64,000 bases of DNA from assembly GCA_964016885.1 (NCBI GenBank), contig OZ024743.1, forward strand, positions 312,232,001 through 312,296,000, given 5' to 3'. The notes beneath the pieces were generated by a model, which saw only the letters and a program-made list of their open reading frames with translations, did no database searches and was not told the DNA's origin. The DNA is from Eledone cirrhosa. Lineage: Eukaryota. The position numbers were made by a program, and so were the translations under genes. Positions 55,506 through 64,000 of this stretch are shown here, piece after piece. Within the stretch, counting starts at the first letter, position 1. Each line of letters begins with the position of its first letter.

Positions 55506-56464
55506 GAGAGATATATGTTTACATGCCAACACAAAAGCAAGAATGAAGCGTTCATTCTACTGACATGGGCTTTAAAAATGAGGCTTGTTTGCATAATTGC
55601 AAACGAATCGAATGTGGATTGGCAGTATCGGTAGAGAGTCGGACGCCATGCTTTCCAGCATAGTTACGTCCCTTTACGATCTGAGTTCAAATCCTGCCGA
55701 GGTTGACTTTGCCTTTCATCCTTACGGGGTCGATAAAATAAGGTACCAGTAATGCACTGGGTAATTGCTGGCCTTGTGCCTAAATTAGAAACAATTATTA
55801 ATATTCGAAAAACTCAGATTACATTTATTGTCTTCAGCCATGTAGAGCGAAAATTTATATTTCACTCACTCACTCTCTGCTTCTCCCCCTCTCTCACTTC
55901 CTCTCGTTTGACCTGTGTGAAATCCTTTTCTCGCTCACATCTCACACAGGTTGGATGGTCTGTATCTCTCCTCGTCTACGATTTTACAGAACTTTAGTTC
56001 ACAGATATCACGGACTTGTTTCTCCTCTTCCTATCTTTCCGTTGCATTACCATGTTTGTTTGTTTACATGTCTCGATCGCTTCACCCTATTTTACGTGTC
56101 CCAATAACTTTCTTTAGTTATTGCTCGCACCAACCAGAGGTATATGATCTTTAAAGCGAAGAAATACCAATGAAGGCTGGAAGATCACTGATGAAGGACT
56201 AATTTTATTCATATGTAACCCATATGCAACCACGCAGCACGCCATTTTTCAAATATATATATATATAATTAGTTGACCAAATGCTTTGCTTAATTGTTTT
56301 ATTTATTATTTTTTTTAAATTTCTTCTTTCTCTTAGACTTCAGATATTTTTTGAAAGCAAAGCATTGGCCCCTAAGATACTACAGTGGGCCCTGCAATGC
56401 TACTGCGGGCCTCTGCGATGCTACCGCTACCATTGGGCAACCCGGCAACCTGGCCAGTCCGCCA

Positions 56465-56519
<55 letters not shown>

Positions 56520-56526
<7 letters not shown>

Positions 56527-56770
56527 TAAAATAACAGATTAAAGTTTAAGCAAAGAATCGCTGCTTTCAACCTTAACGGGATCTTCTGAAACTAACCTTT
56601 ACTTAGTTAGTTTCAGAAGATCCCGTTAAGGGTGAAAGCAGCGATTCTTTGCTTAAACTTTAATCTGTTATTTTAATAAATATTTGCTCTACGGTTCTTA
56701 TATATTTGATATATATTTATCCTTATTGAGCCCTCTTTGGATTTTCGTCTTCAAATTTATTATTATTACT
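56520..56770 (+). mobile_element. Fold-back pLTR insertion with hammerhead-like motif at 56609-56659
   Basis: Inverted repeat 56520-56595 vs 56606-56682. AGUUU-CAGAAGA-UCCC-GUUAA-GGGU-GAAA-GCA..UGC-UU^AAACU. Confidence 0.75.
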
Positions 56771-56906
56771 ATATATATATATATATAAAGACTTTTCCTA
56801 CTATATCAAGCGTAAAATAAGTAATATATTTCTTCGTTGTACTGTGTCGTTTACTCTGTTATTTCTGTTTGCCTTTTGCACACGTGCACACACACACACA
56901 CACACG

Positions 56907-56996
<90 letters not shown>

Positions 56997-57444
56997 TATA
57001 TGCAATCTATTTTTAGGAACGTTGAGCAGAAACTGACTGGAGTTTTCACAAACAACAGGTGTGGGTTTTCATTAAAGTAGACATGTGAGCAGTATCAGTG
57101 TCTTTCAGTAAAGAATTAACTACAGAATACCTTTAGAGACGGAATAGGTAATCATTTAGAAGAACCGAATAGAAGACGCATGGTAACTGATGTGCTAGGG
57201 GTGAGAATGACAGCCATCAACCGACTAAATTACTTTAACCCCCCCTCCCCCAGCAGTTCGAGCCACTCTTTCCACATAAAACGGAAAGAACTTTCGAACA
57301 CGAACCAGGAGACAAAACACAAACCCTCCATCTCAATTTTACTTTTGAATAGCATAAGAACTGTGAAACCGGTAAAGGAAATAAATAAATATTCTTAAAA
57401 AGACTCCAGTTGCATTTTAGATTCCTTTTCCTTATATATATATA

Positions 57445-58712
57445 CAGGGTGGGGCATAAAAACTGCAAATAGTTCTTAAAAAAAACATTTATTTCAAGAT
57501 CTGACTTCAACAAATAGTAAGAAATATACTATTAAACAACTGCACAAAAATTTATTCGAAATGCTTTCCTCTAGCTCTCACTACTGCTCGAAGTCTTCTA
57601 GGAAAGTCTTCGATGGCTGCACGAACAGTTTCCATGGGTATTTTCTCCCATACTTTATTCAGTTTTGATTTTAGTGTTTCAATATTTTGGCTAGGCTTCA
57701 CTCTCAAGAATTGACCATAAAGAAAAATCGAGAGGGTTGAGATCTGGTGATGTGGAAGGCCACTCTTCTTTACTGATCCATGCAGGACAATGGCCTCTAC
57801 ACCACTGTTGTGTTACGCGAGCAGTGTGGCTCGTCACTCCATCTTGTTGGAGAGTCCAAATGTCATCGCCATAAACAGAAGTGCGTCATGGCATCAGTGC
57901 TCCTTCCAAAATATCCTTCATGTAAATTTATTTGTTAATTTTAACTCCTTGAGGCACAAAAAACAGAGGAGACTTCCCTCTTTTAGAAATGGCTGCCCAA
58001 ACCATCACTGATGCTGGTTTCTGTGTTCTGAACACTCTTCCTACACTTGAAGGAATTGATTTGAGACTTTTTGCAAGTACTCCATCATTTTGGTGATGGT
58101 GAGACTGGTGCACAGTGAATAACTTCTAATCTGTAAAGATGATGTTTTGCAGCGTGCCATCCTTGATACGGTTCAATAATAGTTTACTTCTGGAGAGCCT
58201 CTTTTCAATTTTGGCTGCAGAAAGAAGCTGCCTCTTTTGGAACTTATAGGGTGACATCCCCAGATCATCTCCACATATCCTCCGCATAGTTCTCGGCGAT
58301 GTTTCTGCTTCTTCTGCCATTTTTCTCATGGATTATGTCTTATTTTTTCCCTCACACTTTTAACGAGTTTTGGTGTTCCTGAGGTGCGAGGGCGTCCGGA
58401 TTGAGGTCTGTCTTTGATTGAGGAAGTTTCCTTAAATCGATCGATTGTCCTTTTGATCAACATTCTATTGATCTTAAGAATTTTACCCAGTTTAAATATC
58501 TCGGGTGGAGTCAGGCCTTTTTCATGCTTCTCTATTATGAACTTTCTTTTCAATTCTATGGACATTGCAAATTGTTAATGGCGTAATGTTCTGAAAAATA
58601 GTTAATATGGTTATAGTGCATGGATTTGATACAAATATATTAGTTATATTAGCAACATAATGTATTTTTAAATTGATTTAAAACTTTGTAACAGGAATGA
58701 TGCCCCACCCTG
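57445..58712 (-). mobile_element. Full-length but disrupted Tc1/mariner (maT/DD37D-like) transposon
   Basis: TIRs CAGGGTGGGGCAT / ATGCCCCACCCTG with TA flanks. SGRPRT, IIFTD, VMVWAAIS and WP..SPDLNPLDF motifs. Frameshifts and stops. Confidence 0.92.
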
Positions 58713-58721
58713 TATATATAT

Positions 58722-58753
<32 letters not shown>

Positions 58754-59007
58754 GTGTACGTATATATATATATATATATGAACGCCAGACACTAGTATTT
58801 CAGAATTTCTTTTATTGCTTATGTACTTGGTGCTGAGATATCAATGACATTAGGCGAACTTAAATATCCATAGCGTAACTTATGTATGTTTATTATACAT
58901 AAATATTTATATTCTTTCATAAATATATTTCTTTTATGAACCACTCTATGTTAGTGCGAGTGCTAATTAATCCTAACCAATCTCGGTACATCACTCAACT
59001 ACTTTAA

Positions 59008-59211
59008 CCCTTTAGCATTTAGATTACTCTATATATACTATTGTATTTTCATAGTAAAGTCTTTACCATAATATCAAATCTATGAGATTTTGATATTATT
59101 TATTTTGAGAACAATACCTTAACATCACTATGAGTGACCTGTTATGGCCGGTTTAAACAGAAAGCGGTGAGAGAGTTCTGGCCGGATATGGCCGGTTTAA
59201 ATGCTCAAGGG
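59008..59211. mobile_element. piggyBac-type MITE
   Basis: TTAA|CCCTTTAGCATTTA ... TAAATGCTCAAGGG|TTAA. Subterminal repeat tatggccggtttaaa occurs twice. Confidence 0.8.
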
Positions 59212-59334
59212 TTAAACGTGCGCCTCACACTCATGACGGATTTGGCATATATTATCTCACTGACCACGAACATACCACCTATATACCCTCTATCACTTTC
59301 TCTATATTATTATTTTCCGTTTCCTCTTGTTCAG

Positions 59335-59640
59335 TGGAGGCACGTGACCTACTGGTAAGGGTGTTGGACTTTCGATCATAATGTGGCTCAATTGCTGCAC
59401 TGGGTTGTATGCTGTGTTCTTGAGCAAAACACTTCATTTTACGTTGCTCCAGTATACTACAAAATTTTACGCTGCTCCAGTATACTACAAAAAATGTGTA
59501 CGAGTAATAGCTTGTGATAAACTTGTGATAGACTGGCGTCCAGTCCATGGGGAGTCTTGTACTCTCAGTTGCTTCATGCTATGGAAACAGGGATAAGCGC
59601 CGGTCTGATGAGTCCCCGGGCTCGAGACAGACTTTAGATT
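59335..59640 (+). mobile_element. tRNA-derived SINE (second family)
   Basis: tRNA-like head, gtgttcttgagcaaaacactt central block and a 3' stem-loop. Confidence 0.65.
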
Positions 59641-60104
59641 TCTTCAATGTAACTCTAGCCTACCTCTCTACGTGGTATGTTGACTCGGTGTGTTTTATAT
59701 ACATATATTTTCCAAAAGGAAAATTATTTTCACACAAGAGTTACCTCTCTTCCATTAAGTCATCATTTTATGCTTCTCTTTTTCTTTCATTCTTTCACCG
59801 AGACGTTTTGTTAAATCTCCTTCTGCCATGTTATCACATATTCACCTGGTGATATGACTAACAAATATAGCTTACACTTATGCTTGCTTGTTAGACCATG
59901 AAATATTTGGTTGCAATGAATTTTCGCATGTACGAATCATATTAAATTAATAATTGTTTCTACGTTAGGCACAAGGCCAGCAATTACCCAGTGCATTACT
60001 GGTACTTTATTTTATCGACCCCGTAAGGATGAAAGGCAAAGTTAACCTCGGCTGGATTTGAACTCAGAATGGCAAGGGCTGTAACTCTATGCGTCAATAA
60101 TAAT

Positions 60105-60444
60105 GACCACACAGCAGAATGTGATAAGTGTAGAATTTGTGGCATGAATGGAGAAACTGTATGGCATATTTCTAGTCATCACTAGCTCAGAAAGAATAAA
60201 AGAAATGTCATGACAACATAGCAAGGATAGTCCATTGGGCACTTTGTGGCAAATGTGCACTTGACAGAGCAGAAAAGTGGTATAAACATAGCCCTGAGGG
60301 TGTTATCAAAAAAGATGATGCAAAGATCCTGTGGGACTTTGTGATACAGTGTGACCATGAGATTGAACATAGAAGACAAGATATTGTATTAATTGAGAAA
60401 ACAAGCAAACAGCGTTGGATCATAGATATAGTCTGTCCATCCTC

Positions 60445-60445
<1 letters not shown>
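60105..60445 (+). mobile_element. R4/Dong-type Zn-knuckle and REL endonuclease fragment
   Basis: KCRICG..GETVWHI..HDNIARIVHWALC..KILWDFVIQCDHEIEHRRQDIV..IIDIVCP. Confidence 0.85.
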
Positions 60446-60492
<47 letters not shown>

Positions 60493-60569
60493 AAAGGTAA
60501 ACAGAAATAACAACACAATCGGTACAGTTTATGGAAGGGATATAGCAGAAAGAGGGTCTTATATATATA

Positions 60570-61430
60570 TATTATGTTAACGCCTGATATAGCAGGAAGA
60601 GGGTCTTAACGTTTCAGACGATAGTCCTTCATCAGAAAAAAGAATGAGAAATAAGATAGATTGAGGGGACGGGTGGGTTGGAATTGAAAAAAATGTCTTT
60701 AGATAAAAATAACAGATCCATTCATGTTGACATCTCTTGCAAAACTGTTGGTGCTGGCGTTTTGTGTATGATTTATTTTTTTTAGAAAAGTGGATGATGG
60801 AGCGCGTCTACCTGGATGAAGCAGGAAGCCATGCGAAGGGAATGGGTTTCGAAATCGTCGTCCTGGCTACAGAGTCGACGAAGACGGGGCAATTGGGAAT
60901 AGGGTATGGAGTGTTTGGGTGTGGGTTGATGGGAGGAAGTGAAGTCGAGGTAAGATTGGGAGTCTATTGGTTTAATGAAGATGGAAGTAGAGAGGGTGTG
61001 GTGAGAGTGATTAATAGATAGAGAGATATCTAGAAAAGCGACAGAAGAATCAGAGACGGAGGAGGTGAAATTGAGAGCAGGATGGAAAGATTGGACAAAA
61101 GAAAGAAAACAGTCGAGCTGTTCTGGTGATAGAGAGGTGGCGCCGATACGGTCGTCGATATAACGACCGTATCGCTCAGGAGTCGGTCCAGCGTACTGAG
61201 AGAAGATCTGAGCTTCGACGTAGCCAACAAACAAGTTGGCATAGTTTGGACCCATTTTGGTTCCCATCGCTACCCCAGCGTCTTGATGATAAAATTCACC
61301 CGAAAAAGAAAATCCATTAAGGGCGAGAAAAACCTCAGCCAGACGGAGAAGAGTGGTAGTGCTGGGGTAAGGGGTAGGGCGTAAATCTAAAAAATGTTAG
61401 AGAGTGCGGAGGCCGTCATCATGAGGGATG
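60570..61430 (-). mobile_element. Neptune-type PLE, 5'-truncated; RT joined directly to the pLTR (GIY-YIG missing)
   Basis: MGTKMGPNYANLFVG..RYIDD..FLDISL..YLDFTSSH..SIPYSQL.RLRRLCS. Confidence 0.88.
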
Positions 61431-61432
61431 AC

Positions 61433-61471
<39 letters not shown>

Positions 61472-61473
<2 letters not shown>

Positions 61474-61765
61474 ACATGTGGAGAGGAAGCATATGTTTAA
61501 CATGTGCGACACCACACTAATACATTTCACCATCATTTGATAATGCATATAAATGCAGAAACCGGTAATAGACAATAATTAAATATATAAATAGATAAAT
61601 AAATGCCATTGTTAAATAATAAATAAATCAACTAATACCTTAACACTTCACACAAAGTAAAACATCTCGTTTTAATCATTTTCTAACCCAGAAAAGAGAG
61701 AGAAACAAAGAAGGAAAAAAAAAAATTTTCTTCCTCATAATCGTCTCTTTCTCCCTGTTTTCATA
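61472..61765 (+). mobile_element. Short hammerhead-bearing repeat (empty-site counterpart of 35283-36490)
   Basis: Matches the reverse complement of the sequences flanking the 35.5-kb Helitron. Confidence 0.8.
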
Positions 61766-61769
61766 TATA

Positions 61770-64000
61770 TCTATCTAAGGCGGGTAAAATTCCCGAGATC
61801 CATGGACGAGTTCTCTCCAGCGGTCTCTGTCTCTCATTATCGCTGCCATGTCCTGCGTCTCCAACAGACCAGTGTCTGTCCTTAGGGCATCAACATACGT
61901 TAACCTTGGTCTTCCTCTTCTAGTGTGTCCATGTAGGGGCTCCCAAAGGAGCACTGAGTGCAATGTCAACTCTGGATGTCGGTGAGCATGTCCAGCTAAC
62001 CTCAGTCTCCTCTGTATCACTTTTGAGCTGACTTTTGGGATGCTCCCATACAGCTCTGAGTTTTTCATCCTCAGTGTATACTGATTAATGTTCAGAGCCA
62101 TCCTCAGCATTCTCGTGTAGCACCCATCCACCATCTGAGTGAGTTTCTTGGTCAGTGTCCAAGTCTCAGACCCATACAGCAGCACAGACTCCACTACAGC
62201 AATGAAGAGGCGGACCTTCAGGTCTCTACGAAGGTCCGACTTCCACACCGATCTCAAGCTGTGGCACGCCGCCCAGGCCTTGCTCTTCCTCTCAACCACA
62301 TCATCTTCCGTATTCCCAATCTCTGCTCCCAAATACAGGAAGCCCTCAACCAGTTCTAGCGGCTTCCCGCCTACATTAGTGATCCCCTCTGGTTTCTCAA
62401 CATTCTCTACCAGATATTGTTTTAGTCTCATTCATTCTCAGCCCCACACTCATCGACACAGTCTCAACCTCCCGCATCAAATACTCTGCCTCCTTCACTG
62501 TATTTGTCACTAAAACTATGTCGTCGGCAAATTCAGCATCCGATACCTTTTTCGCCCTAACTCTCCTGCTCTGAGCCGGTGCTACAGTAAAGCCAGAGTC
62601 CTGGTGTTTCTCCAGTGCAAGGCGCATACAATAGTCCACTACGATGATAAAAAGGTAGGGAGCCAATGTATCTCCCTGGAGCACTCCAGCCAGTACCTCA
62701 AAGAACTCTGTCATCCCATCAGGTGTAATGACTTGGGCTTTGGTGTTGGTGTAGAGCAGTGATATCAGGTCCACTATCCTCTTGGGGATTCCATAAGCCT
62801 GTAAGATCTTCATCAGGCAGTAACGGTCCACAGAATCAAAGGCCTTCCTAAAGTCAATGAAAACTATGACCGCAGGAAGGCACTTTTCTCTAGCTCCCTC
62901 TAATATCCTCCTCAGCATCAGGATGTGACTGGTGGTTGATCTACCCTCTCTGAAGCCGTTCTGGTTGTCCCTGAGCTTCTTCTTCATCTCAGGCTAGATC
63001 CTGTTAAGAATCATCCTGTTGAGGGTCTTTGTCACAAGTGACGTCAGTGAGATCCCCCTGTAGTTGTTGGTGTTAGAGAGATCTCCCTTCTTTGGCACTG
63101 GGACGATGTTACTGATCCTCCACTGATTCGAGGCAACTCCTCTCTCCAGTGCCCCGTTACAGAACCCCAGGATGATATCATCAAAATCACACCTCTTCAT
63201 CACCTCTGATGCCACTCCATCTTCTCCATGAGCCTTGCCCTCCTTGACCCTCTTCTTGGCTCTCTGAAGCTCCTCTCTGGTGAAGGGCTCTATCTCAACA
63301 TCCAGTTCCTCAAACAGCCGCCTGATCTCCCCAGTGCTCTGGGCTGTGGGGGGTGGCTCTCCTAGTAGGGTCCTAAAATGGTCTAGCCATTTCCTCTTCC
63401 TATCCTCGGGCCCCGTTCCCTGGATCTGACTTGAACACCTTCTCTTCCTCCCTGTGATCCCGTCAATGATCATCCAGCTCTCCTTACATCCAGATCTGTC
63501 AACCGCTCTCTCCACACTTCTGATCTTCTCTATCAGTGCCTCCTCTCTGACCTCAGTGTAAGCGGTACAGAGCTCTTCCCTCATCACCTCCCCAGTCTCC
63601 ATCCTCTCCTCCGTAGGATCAGCATAGAATTGGTCCTTGGCAGCTTTCAGGTGTTCTCTGGCTGCACACACTTTTGGGTTTGCAGAGCTGACGTGCTTCC
63701 CTTTGTTCTTTTTCCTCGGCACCAGGGTTTCACTTGCTTCCGCCACTGCATTGGTGAAGTGCCCGTACCTCCTCGTCACACTCTCCTCAGTCCATCCAAT
63801 CTCTCTCTCCTCTGACTCTCCACACAGAGCACTAAACCTGTTTCTCACTTCCACTGTGAACCTCTCCTGTAGCTTATCATCTTCCTTGAAAGCTCCCCAG
63901 TCATAGATTGTTCTCCGGGGCTGAGCCTTGCTCTTTCTTAAGCTCACCCGGACCTCACTCATAACAAGCCGGTGGTCACTACCCAGTGTACTGAAATAGT
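61770..64000 (-). mobile_element. Young RTE-group LINE (RT and C-terminus), continues past the window edge
   Basis: PVPKKGDL..NYRGISL, QNGFR.GRST, FIDFRKAFDS, GVLQGDTLAPYLF, FADD, LLYGSETW, RLAGH. Only one TAG (62994-62996) and one frameshift (~62430). Confidence 0.93.

Noticed and set aside
55615-55800. tRNA gene
   Set aside because: A and B boxes are present but there is no cloverleaf. It is a multi-copy SINE head.
59600-59635. CTGATGAGTCC..GAGAC hammerhead-like string
   Set aside because: No GAAA or stem III/UH. It is better explained as the 3' stem-loop of the SINE.

Overview
Animal genomic DNA, very probably cephalopod (octopus-like). That is inferred from the AT-richness, the dense (TA)n/(CA)n microsatellites and a Nin/Deu-domain tRNA-SINE family. 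The only host gene is the 5' part of the mismatch-repair gene MLH3 on the minus strand: a start-codon exon at 5040-5254 and a coding exon over 3.69 kb long that runs off position 1. The other ~57 kb is almost entirely transposon-derived: Penelope-like elements (PLEs; Nematis-, Neptune- and possibly Hydra-type), RTE, CRE and R4/Dong non-LTR fragments, Tc1/mariner, mariner and piggyBac MITEs, non-autonomous Helitrons and a non-coding tRNA-Trp-primed LTR element. The most striking signal is that nearly every short non-coding insert between (TA)n tracts is a fold-back (inverted-repeat) insertion carrying a hammerhead-ribozyme fold. I count about 15 distinct motif families at over 20 loci. At least five families replace the canonical CUGANGA core with a compensatory UUGANAA (U3-A8) core, and one homologous pair shows the C3-G8 / U3-A8 switch directly. 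All folds were parsed by eye, ribozyme activity is untested, and element boundaries are approximate unless motifs are quoted.
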